A stretch of DNA of 64,000 nucleotides, from assembly GCA_051313645.2 (NCBI GenBank), contig JBNRSN020000014.1:119846001-119910000 (forward strand), given 5' to 3'. The notes beneath the pieces are model-generated. The model was given only the letters and a program-made list of their open reading frames with translations, was not told the origin of the DNA and made no database searches. The position numbers and the translations under genes were made by a program. Shown here piece after piece: positions 59,201-64,000 of the stretch. This stretch comes from Centroscyllium fabricii (Eukaryota). Numbering within the stretch: position 1 is the stretch's first letter; every line of letters starts with the position of its first letter.

Positions 59201-61645
59201 AACACTTGGATAAAGGTAACTTCCCTGGCCTCTCAGTCAGCAACTAGCACATGGCGCACGAGCTTGAAGGATCAGAAAATTGGCTTCCCATCCCTCTCCC
59301 CCATGAAGCCATTGGTGAAAATAACCTAGACCGGTTTTCTGCTCAAGCAGCTGAGTTTCTAACTCACTTCGCTATCCAGCTGCTCAAAATGTACCCACAG
59401 TTCAAATCAGGCCCAGTGTTCGCGGGCTTCATCCAAGGGAAGACACACTCTAAAATTGCTAGACTCACTGCAGCTGCTACTAGAATATCAGGTGAGTAAA
59501 GCTCACCTGGAAACACAGACACCCAGCCCAGTTCACAAAAGAAAAATAATTTTGTTTTACCTCAACAGCACGTTTGGAAGGAAGCAGGAAGAACGCATCA
59601 GTCAGAGTTAGCAACTCAGAGAACCTTTGGAAATAGGTGTCCACGTAGACAACATAACTGTTGCCTTCATAACAACGAAGTGGGATTGCTGGGAGAAAGA
59701 GGGAAAATATTAGGTCAATTTGCAAACATAGATGTCAACTTCTCATTAATTGTAAACATCTGAAACCCATATTATGCAGCAGGGTAACACATGCAGAGTT
59801 ATTGATTAACAGATATTCAGAACCAAAAACTCATTTAATGTTCTCTTTCATTCACAACTGCCTTTCTAGCTTACCTGTGGTGTTGAGGTAACCGAAGATC
59901 CACACTTTCAGCACAGACTCTCTTGTTCCACGTGTCATATCATTGAATCCGTTGCTCAGTCCTTTTACACTAAATGGATAAACATTGATAGTATTATTTA
60001 TTAGATATCAGCTCTGTAGTAATCCTTCAGCTGGTGGAGAACAATTTTAGGATCTTTCCCTAATGATGCTCAATGATCAGGTCTGGTGTCAGTAACTGAA
60101 AGCTGGTGCCAGTATCTGTCCCATGGTGATGAACCTCTCTCAGGGATCAGTTCCAAAATGGGCTGATAAAAATCTCCTGTTTTTAGGTCTTTTCTTTCAT
60201 TTTTCGCACCAATCTTCTCCCTTCTTCTTCAGACAGTCTATCTCCTTACTGCAGTACAATTCCACAGCCATGGGGCACCCTCTGGTAACTCAGGCTGCTG
60301 AAGAATCTTAATGACAGAGCTGAAGTATTTCAGTACCAGTGACCAGCTCTAAATCTATCTAATTCTTGGGACTCATACAGCACACATTCGCGTCATGCAG
60401 AATATTTTATACAGTGACTTCTTGCAGTATTCTGAATTACCAGGAGGAAAAGCCTGAGGCTTGGATCTAGCAATACTGACACACTGGGCAGTCAGTCTCA
60501 CCTGTTACTGAATTGTGTTTGGAGCTTGAAATTCCGACAGTCTGTATAAGGCACTTCATACTAAGGGGGGGAATTTCATGTCCCCATGAGGTGGGGTTTT
60601 CGGCGGCTCGGCCGGCAAAATAGCACAACCAGTGTGTCGCGACCCTCCCCGCCGTATCCCCGCCGCTTTATCATTTTCCACCGCCCCAAAACCTTCCCGC
60701 CGCCGGCCGGCGGGGATGGGTTGTCACCTCGTTAAGAGCCCTTAATTGGGATGATTAATGCCATTTTAACGGCCCTCAGCCATTTTGAGCTATTTCCCGC
60801 CCTAACCCCATCACCTTAAACCCCGCTGGGTGAAACCCAGTGGGAGCACAGCGCTGGTTATTACTTTTTCCTTCAAGATGTGAAGGACATGCTGCCAAAT
60901 GCTTGACATGCCTCCAGCACCTTAGAGGAGTAAGTTACTCCGTAGTTGCTGCAACAGCTGTGAGCAAAAACTGAGAAATCTCAGCTTTGCACATTTGCTC
61001 ACAGCCGGTGCGAGCTGTCAAGGATTCTGAGCCCGCCCGCCCACCTGTCAGTCATCAGCACTCACCTTTCCCATTGGTTCCACTCGACTATGATGTCACA
61101 GTGGAGTGTTTCCATGGGAACTGTCAACAACCAGTGCTGGAACTGTCAATCAAACTCCTTGCAGCCCATCCCGATTGAGTTAATTACCACCCGCTGCCGC
61201 CGGCGTGGATTTAACAACTCAATTAAATTAAAATTGCGTGGGCTTCCCAGCTGTTTGGGCGGGCGGGACAGGAAGCCACCCAGACCAATCCCCGCCTGGT
61301 TCCCGTCCTTCCGGCAAAGTCCCCTCCTAAGTGTGCTCTCTGACTATTCACGATTTAAAATGTTTTGACAGGGATTGCTTTTCCAGTTGAATATGCAGCA
61401 ATGGATTATTGTAAAAGAGAGTCATTCACTCACACTGCTTGGTAACCATCACAAGTTATGTTTCTTGTCAAAAGGCGGCTCAGCACTGACTGAGAAGTGC
61501 CAGCAATGAACGGCCTGAATCGCTCCTGGAACCATTTTTTCAGGAAAGTTGCACTGGTTAAGTTTTCATTGGTCTTCACAATCTCCCACAGGGCATTCAT
61601 GAACGTGATCTTTGTCATCAGAGGAATTGCTGATGTGTTCAGGGT
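2104..61645 (-). CDS. Partial multi-exon gene: giant mesothelin-like protein of tandem 1262-aa modules (52 exons in window, no start or stop seen)
   Basis: Manually traced GT-AG exons with compatible phases throughout. Peptides match mesothelin motifs: IYPNGLPESQIQLLG vs LYPQGYPESVIQHLG; GGASADDLKYLANNRVNMDFATF vs GGAPTEDLKALSQQNVSMDLATF; LGLTGGIP vs LGLGLQGGIP. Orthology (MSLN vs MSLNL) not resolved. Confidence 0.88.
2679..2930 (-). pseudogene. Older local duplicate of the e25 acceptor and first 60 coding nt (copy B about 38103-38354)
   Basis: Direct repeat of about 2172-2426; reads cag|VKSIITRYLQLDGILNAVSL then CFLHV-stop. Confidence 0.85.
3047..3701. mobile_element. GC-rich non-autonomous DNA transposon/MITE (copy B about 38471-39124)
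   Basis: Reverse complement of its end (gggaaaatttcggttcctttgtgcctcccgtt) matches the starts at 30171 and 16698/17109. Confidence 0.65.
3808..3954 (-). CDS. exon e24, downstream module
   Basis: IYPNGLPESQIQLLG..WNITQVVTLSALM. Confidence 0.9.
4103..7028. mobile_element. Degenerate PIF/Harbinger transposon (ends approximate)
   Basis: Minus-strand HARBI1-like RRLRLS..HALPVVVKVTTTLNFFASGFFQ and FVNRKSFHSLN-like remnants; plus-strand RTGGGPP motif of the Myb/SANT partner; convergent layout. Confidence 0.82.
7337..7505. mobile_element. Short Penelope-like hairpin repeat after a SINE 3' tail (copy B about 41625-41793)
   Basis: cagatgctggaaatctgaaataaaa..cagcaggtcagg / cgacctgctgagtatt inverted arms; preceded by aaaggcactatataaatgcaagt. 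Confidence 0.55.
7542..7720 (-). CDS. exon e23, downstream module
   Basis: CTEGPI..YDAAQLDLCL..QLEVLKKRL. Confidence 0.9.
8460..8580 (-). CDS. exon e22, downstream module
   Basis: VVLNEALPRF...RGRSNNTA. Confidence 0.85.
9278..9365 (-). CDS. exon e21, downstream module
   Basis: VPSSWSSSTIRDLGNLPL (mesothelin GPPSTWS-like). Confidence 0.88.
10153..10343 (-). CDS. exon e20, downstream module
   Basis: LGVLVCDLEG..SD..LKNC..KYG. Confidence 0.88.
11621..11750 (-). CDS. exon e19, downstream module
   Basis: CQTFFKLVGKSNINIL..ARTCL. Confidence 0.88.
12602..12687 (-). CDS. exon e18, downstream module
   Basis: LDCMAARL..FPVDVLLFF. Confidence 0.88.
12970..13167 (+). mobile_element. HE1-type SINE, 5'-truncated (copy B 47258-47538 keeps the 3' tail)
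   Basis: ccgggtgctccggtttcctcccacagtccaaagatgtgc V-SINE core. Confidence 0.85.
13785..15425 (-). mobile_element. CR1 LINE, 5'-truncated and decayed
   Basis: QHGFMKGKSCLTN and YVNDLD..KFADDTK fragments; aagaacataagaaatagg tail. Confidence 0.92.
15516..15636 (-). CDS. exon e17, downstream module
   Basis: FSPSVLQGFSCGAV...LDESQ. Confidence 0.88.
16708..17108 (-). mobile_element. Full-length HE1-type tRNA/V-SINE
   Basis: tRNA-like head (tggcacagtggttagc A box, ggttcaaatcc B box), V core, CR1-like 3' tail. Confidence 0.9.
17109..17748. mobile_element. GC-rich MITE, same family as 3047 and 30171 (copy B about 51502-52140)
   Basis: aatttggttgctttccgcctgccgttagcgc head; first bases lie left of the SINE at 16698. 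Confidence 0.62.
18251..18300 (-). CDS. exon e16, downstream module
   Basis: SAVFFEYVVRNSNNFK. Confidence 0.82.
18492..18629 (-). CDS. exon e15, downstream module
   Basis: VKNIPSVLAKEVPP..NKQWVPSQ. Confidence 0.88.
18802..18972 (-). CDS. exon e14, downstream module
   Basis: VTSTQNLRSLGSLLSGIPS... Confidence 0.88.
19385..19597 (-). CDS. exon e13, downstream module
   Basis: LGQTAVGLS..LPSLSNVRGWNFGQA. Confidence 0.88.
19696..19873 (-). CDS. exon e12, downstream module
   Basis: LPDSLVCF...EGPTDEQLK. Confidence 0.85.
20639..20763 (-). CDS. exon e11, downstream module
   Basis: LQEFAVNPENLGLL... Confidence 0.85.
21256..21389 (-). CDS. exon e10, downstream module
   Basis: GPRPKCYNVNDPALNSTAWFAQYLG... 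Confidence 0.85.
21689..21971 (+). mobile_element. Solo LTR
   Basis: TGT...TCA termini with perfect 5-bp target site duplication ACCGT; ATTAAA near the 3' end. Confidence 0.85.
22130..22218 (-). CDS. exon e9, downstream module
   Basis: VRTLSAGYSDFTSEKRKDIYNGIKAYLQQ. Confidence 0.85.
22615..22814 (-). CDS. exon e8, downstream module
   Basis: SNLSAGN..WLNVRLTPYL..CLSYRK. Confidence 0.85.
22920..23843 (+). mobile_element. LINE 3' fragment, RTE-X-like
   Basis: 225-aa ORF with RLS..LAIE.GR..REERLCSHC..ETELHFLTTC Cys/His motif; AATAAA then (TTGAA)n; clade call tentative. Confidence 0.75.
24316..24471 (-). CDS. exon e7, downstream module
   Basis: VLNVTDPSEL...NQKSGK. Confidence 0.85.
25159..25286 (-). 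CDS. exon e6, downstream module
   Basis: AIPLRCYEGNSYVVYVDTYFQRF... Confidence 0.85.
25473..25567 (-). CDS. exon e5, downstream module
   Basis: VKGLSNGFNDMTRGTRESVLKVWIFGYLNTT. Confidence 0.85.
26161..26922. mobile_element. GC-rich MITE-like element (copy B about 60564-61325)
   Basis: GGGGGGAATTT / AAAGTCCCC ends; CpG-rich arms inside an AT-rich intron. Confidence 0.5.
27031..27242 (-). CDS. exon e4, downstream module
   Basis: TLNTSAIP..WFQERFRPF..CDGYQAV. Confidence 0.85.
28298..28465 (-). CDS. exon e3, downstream module
   Basis: IDLLLSG...DKFNNK; phase 0-0. Confidence 0.85.
28592..28735 (-). mobile_element. CR1 3' tail fragment
   Basis: aagaacataagaattaggagcaggagtagg..gatcatggctgatc. 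Confidence 0.8.
28869..28950 (-). CDS. exon e2, downstream module
   Basis: STLNNFLTEVNMSQLCNFNITDYACAE; phase 2-0. Confidence 0.85.
29222..29249 (-). CDS. micro-exon e1 of downstream module (28 nt, ETTLCAAVNS)
   Basis: ttttcaaacag|AAACAACATTGTGTGCAGCTGTGAACAG|gtaaga; phase 1-2. Confidence 0.78.
29345..29366 (-). CDS. micro-exon e30 (22 nt, PGKTTVN)
   Basis: tctcttccttag|CCTGGTAAAACCACAGTTAATG|gtgagt; phase 0-1. Confidence 0.72.
29609..29625 (-). CDS. micro-exon e29 (17 nt, EPQPDT)
   Basis: tattttcag|AACCCCAACCTGATACG|gtaaga; phase 1-0. Confidence 0.68.
29781..31373. mobile_element. MITE-like element with nested MITE at about 30171-30938
   Basis: Inverted ends GATTTTCATT / AATGAAAATC; inner element begins gggcaggaaattcggt. 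Confidence 0.6.
31668..31827 (-). CDS. exon e28 (end of mesothelin domain)
   Basis: KLNSQNL...LGLTGGIPDNSS then G|gtaatt; phase 0-1. Confidence 0.88.
32326..32722 (+). mobile_element. Full-length HE1-type SINE
   Basis: gggcggcacggtggcacagtggttagc..ggttcaaatcc..V core..ttctatgtt tail. Confidence 0.92.
33048..33142 (-). CDS. exon e27
   Basis: GGASADDLKYLANNRVNMDFATFKGLDPEEVK; phase 1-0. Confidence 0.9.
34163..34296 (-). CDS. exon e26
   Basis: DAGALDLSVCTQSKKNLLY...IKVYV; phase 2-1, in frame with e25 at 37528. Confidence 0.88.
34425..35553 (+). mobile_element. CR1 LINE 3' part, decayed
   Basis: MEYNVEKCEVIHFG..HLEYCVQ..LEAVQRRFTRLIP ORF plus 3' UTR. Confidence 0.92.
36321..37088 (+). mobile_element. 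Rex1/Babar LINE 3' fragment (copy B)
   Basis: Duplicate of 897-1664. Confidence 0.88.
37528..37655 (-). CDS. exon e25, upstream module
   Basis: VKSIITRYL..GGANLCTLD..; phase 0-2. Confidence 0.88.
39231..39377 (-). CDS. exon e24, upstream module
   Basis: IYPNGLPESQIQLLG..WNIT..; phase 0-0. Confidence 0.9.
39526..41316. mobile_element. Degenerate PIF/Harbinger transposon, copy B, with 1137-bp deletion
   Basis: Duplicate of 4103-7028 lacking 5361-6497. Confidence 0.82.
41830..42008 (-). CDS. exon e23, upstream module
   Basis: CTEGPI..QLDLCL..QLEVLKKRLLQ; phase 1-0. Confidence 0.9.
42748..42868 (-). CDS. exon e22, upstream module
   Basis: VVLNEAL...RGRSNNTA; phase 0-1. Confidence 0.85.
43566..43653 (-). 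CDS. exon e21, upstream module
   Basis: VPSSWSSST...QVNR; phase 2-0. Confidence 0.88.
44441..44631 (-). CDS. exon e20, upstream module
   Basis: RISGRNLT..LGVLVCDL..SKYG; phase 0-2. Confidence 0.88.
45908..46037 (-). CDS. exon e19, upstream module
   Basis: SAHF..CQTFFKLVGKSN..ARTCL; phase 2-0. Confidence 0.88.
46890..46975 (-). CDS. exon e18, upstream module
   Basis: LDCMAARL...PVDVLLFF; phase 0-2. Confidence 0.88.
48185..49826 (-). mobile_element. CR1 LINE, decayed (copy B)
   Basis: Duplicate of 13785-15425 with one extra frameshift. Confidence 0.92.
49917..50037 (-). CDS. exon e17, upstream module
   Basis: FSPSVLQGFSC...LDESQ; phase 2-0. Confidence 0.88.
51101..51501 (-). mobile_element. 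Full-length HE1-type SINE (copy B)
   Basis: Duplicate of 16708-17108. Confidence 0.9.
52643..52692 (-). CDS. exon e16, upstream module
   Basis: SAVFFEYVVRNSNNFK; phase 0-2. Confidence 0.82.
52886..53023 (-). CDS. exon e15, upstream module
   Basis: VLRYVKD...KQWVPSQ; phase 0-0. Confidence 0.88.
53196..53366 (-). CDS. exon e14, upstream module
   Basis: VTSTQNLRSLGSLLSGIPS...CVLQ; phase 0-0. Confidence 0.88.
53779..53991 (-). CDS. exon e13, upstream module
   Basis: LSIVLVSK..LGQTAVGLS..RNGFR; phase 0-0. Confidence 0.88.
54090..54267 (-). CDS. exon e12, upstream module
   Basis: LPDSLVCF...DEQLK; phase 2-0. Confidence 0.85.
55039..55163 (-). CDS. exon e11, upstream module
   Basis: LQEFAVN...NVNIS; phase 0-2. 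Confidence 0.85.
55656..55789 (-). CDS. exon e10, upstream module
   Basis: GPRPKCY...DNETQ; phase 1-0. Confidence 0.85.
56089..56371 (+). mobile_element. Solo LTR (copy B)
   Basis: Same termini and ACCGT duplication. Confidence 0.85.
56530..56618 (-). CDS. exon e9, upstream module
   Basis: VRTLSAG...AYLQQ; phase 2-1. Confidence 0.85.
57017..57216 (-). CDS. exon e8, upstream module
   Basis: SNLSAGN...CLSYRK; phase 0-2. Confidence 0.85.
57322..58245 (+). mobile_element. LINE 3' fragment, RTE-X-like (copy B)
   Basis: Duplicate of 22920-23843. Confidence 0.75.
58718..58873 (-). CDS. exon e7, upstream module
   Basis: VLNVTDP...NQKSGK; phase 0-0. Confidence 0.85.
59561..59688 (-). CDS. exon e6, upstream module
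   Basis: AIPLRCY...KRAVE; phase 1-0. Confidence 0.85.
59875..59969 (-). CDS. exon e5, upstream module
   Basis: VKGLSNGF...GYLNTT; phase 2-1. Confidence 0.85.
61434..61645 (-). CDS. mesothelin-like exon e4, upstream module
   Basis: AG/GT; TLNTSAIP...CDGYQAV; phase 0-2. Confidence 0.85.
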
Positions 61646-62450
61646 CTGAAACAAACCATGACCTGTGTTTTAACTCAGTGAGCAAAGAGCTTCTTTTACA
61701 GGTTTCAACACTGATATTTCCCTTCAGAGAAGAACTGAAAATTGGAACATTTCTAATCCAAAATATCATGCAGTGGAATCGGACAAGTGTAGGAAACAAA
61801 ATATTTCCTTTTTCTCAGTTGGATCAGCCAGCTTGCAGCGCACCCACACCACAACAATTAATGCAATTGCATTTATAAAGCAGCTTTTCAGTTCCAAAGA
61901 CATCCCATAGTACTTCAAAGCCAATTAACTATTTTAGAAACGTAGTCACTCTTGTGATGTAGGTAAAGTCAAAGCCACTCAAACAACCACTAGCCCTGTA
62001 CCAGGTAACAGGACACAGATAGACATCTGCGGCCCACCAACTAATACACAAGCACTCAACAGCAATGAGATTTAGAGCTTCCAACGAATGAGAGTATATT
62101 GGGACTAGGGTAAAGTTAACATCTCCTTGGACATATATTTGGACCCTTGGCACAAACAGATCGATTGCCGAGTGCAGAGATCAATGGGCCTACATTGAAG
62201 GTTAGAATACAAATGCAACAACAACAATGCCTTGCCTTTCATGATGCTGCAAAGGAATTAGTGATGCAGCTAAGAAATGAATAGCTGCATCTCTGATATT
62301 CAATACATGTGGCACCAATGGTTGGCTGCAACACAGACCATCGTGTAGGGAATGGCGGCCAACATGCTGGTGCTGCAATATCTGAAACTAGTAATCAGGA
62401 GATTTCTTAGGCTTCTAATGAGGCTGTAGTCAATGTTGCGGGAAGGTATC

Positions 62451-64000
62451 ATAGAATCATAGAATCATAGAAATTTTACAGTGCGGATAAGGGCCATTCG
62501 GCCCATCCAGTCCGCACCGGCCCAGGAAAACTCCTCCCTGTACTAACCCCAGTTGCCCGCACCTGGCCCATAACCCTGTATGCTATGGTCCTTCATGTGC
62601 TGGTCCAAGTATTTTTTAAATGTTGTGATGGTTCCTGCCTCCACCACCCTCACAGGCAGGGAGTTCCAGTCTTCCACCACCCTCTGGGTAAAGAAATTTC
62701 TCCTTACCTCCCCCCTAAACCTCCCCCCCCTGATCTTGAATCTATGTCCCCTGGTGCTTGACTCTCCCACCAGGGGAAACAATGCCCCTTTGTCTACCCT
62801 ATCGTGTCCCCTCATGATCTTGTACACCTCAATCATGTCACCCCTCCACCTTCTTTTCTCCAAGGCAAACAACCCCAGCCTGTCCAGCCTTTCCTCGTAG
62901 CATAGGTCCGCCAGACCAGGTATCATCCTGGTAAACCTTCTCTGCACCCTCTCCAGGGCAGCCACATCCTTCCTGTAGTGCGGTGACCAGAACTGCACAC
63001 AGTACTCCAGCTGAGGTCTCACCAGTGTGTTATACAGGTTTAACATTACCTCCCTACTTTTGTATACTATGCCCTGGTTAATAAAGGCGAGGATTCCGTA
63101 TGCCTTCTTAACCACCTTGTTAACGTGTCCAGCAACCTTCAGGGAGCTGTGCACCTGTACCCCCAGGTCCCTCTGCTCCTCGGTCCTATTTAACGTTTTG
63201 TTGTTCATGGTATATTCCCTTACCCCATTTGGTCTACCGAATTGAATGACCTCGCATTTCTCTGGGTTGAACTCCATTTGCCATTTTTCTGCCCAATTTA
63301 CCATTATGTCTATATCCTCCTGAAGCCCCTTACTATCCTCATCGTTGTTTACCACCCTTCCGATTTTCGTATCATCAGCGAATTTGCTGATCGTACCCCC
63401 TACTCCCATATCCAAATCGTTGATGTATACTAGAAACAGTAAGGGTCCCAAAACCGATCCTTGGGGGACGCCACTGGTTACTGGTTTCCAGTCACAGAAG
63501 CAGCCCTCTACCATTACCCTTTGTCTCCTATCCCCCAGCCAGTTTTCGATCCACTGTGCCAAGTTACCCTGTATCCCGTGCGCTCTAACCTTTGTTATTA
63601 GTCTCCTATGTGGGACTTTATCAAAAGCTTTGCTAAAGTCCATATATACTACGTCCACAGTACTCCCTTCATCCACCCTCTTTGTTACTTCCTCGAAGAA
63701 TTCCAACAGATTGGTCAGGCACGACTTACCTTTGACGAAGCCATGCTGACTGTCTCTTATTAGACCTTGGTTGTCCAAATGCGAACTGATTTTATCCCTC
63801 AGAATTTTTTCCATTACTTTCCCCACTACAGATGTAAGACTGATTGGCCTGTAGTTGCCCGGTTTGTCCCTACTACCCTTTTTAAACAGGGGTACTACAT
63901 TAGCCGTTCTCCAGTCCTCAGGCACATCCCCTGACGCGAGAGAGGTCCTGAAGATTTGAGACAGGGGGCCCGCAAGCTCCTCCCTGGCCTCGAACAGCAG
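62451..64000 (-). mobile_element. Young CR1 LINE specific to copy B
   Basis: (ATTCTATG)n tail at 62451; absent from the matching site 28048 in copy A. Confidence 0.95.
62543..64000 (-). CDS. CR1 ORF2 reverse transcriptase, C-terminal part, open to the window edge
   Basis: Uninterrupted NYRPISLT, QHGF, DFSKAFD, GVPQGSVLGP, YINDL, KFADDTK motifs. Confidence 0.9.
   Translation of the reverse strand: MLFEAREELAGPLSQIFRTSLASGDVPEDWRTANVVPLFKKGSRDKPGNYRPISLTSVVGKVMEKILRDKISSHLDNQGLIRDSQHGFVKGKSCLTNLLEFFEEVTKRVDEGSTVDVVYMDFSKAFDKVPHRRLITKVRAHGIQGNLAQWIENWLGDRRQRVMVEGCFCDWKPVTSGVPQGSVLGPLLFLVYINDLDMGVGGTISKFADDTKIGRVVNNDEDSKGLQEDIDIMVNWAEKWQMEFNPEKCEVIQFGRPNGVREYTMNNKTLNRTEEQRDLGVQVHSSLKVAGHVNKVVKKAYGILAFINQGIVYKSREVMLNLYNTLVRPQLEYCVQFWSPHYRKDVAALERVQRRFTRMIPGLADLCYEERLDRLGLFALEKRRWRGDMIEVYKIMRGHDRVDKGALFPLVGESSTRGHRFKIRGGRFRGEVRRNFFTQRVVEDWNSLPVRVVEAGTITTFKKYLDQHMKDHSIQGYGPGAGNWG

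Larger units (their letters stand above)
35454..62450. repeat. Tandem segmental duplication, copy B (paired part)
   Basis: Near-identical to 1-28048 until interrupted by a CR1 insertion at 62451. Confidence 0.98.

Noticed and set aside
1-64000. Most short ORFs in the supplied track
   Set aside because: Antisense or alternative-frame shadows of exons and repeats. Their pairing reflects the duplication, not conservation.

Overview
Eukaryotic DNA, almost certainly an elasmobranch (shark), judged from HE1-type V-SINEs and shark-style CR1 and Harbinger repeats. The window is about 1.8 copies of a ~35-kb direct tandem duplication: 1-28048 matches 35454-62450 at roughly 99% identity by eye. On the minus strand I traced by hand 52 GT-AG exons of a mesothelin-like (mesothelin/otoancorin/stereocilin superfamily) gene. 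All junction phases are compatible and there is no stop codon. The duplication is intragenic. After the exon ending the mesothelin domain (..LGLTGGIP..) there is no stop or GPI-signal exon. Instead three micro-exons (17, 22 and 28 nt) splice in frame into the start of the next full module. Each ~35-kb unit has 30 exons (3786 nt, 1262 aa), so the locus appears to encode a giant, heavily N-glycosylated chain of complete mesothelin-like modules (at least ~2290 aa in this window; start and stop lie outside). Introns hold CR1, Rex1/Babar, RTE-X-like, HE1 SINE, Harbinger/MITE, Penelope-like and solo-LTR insertions. Copy-specific indels and a young CR1 insertion distinguish the two units. The gene model is manual and has no RNA support.
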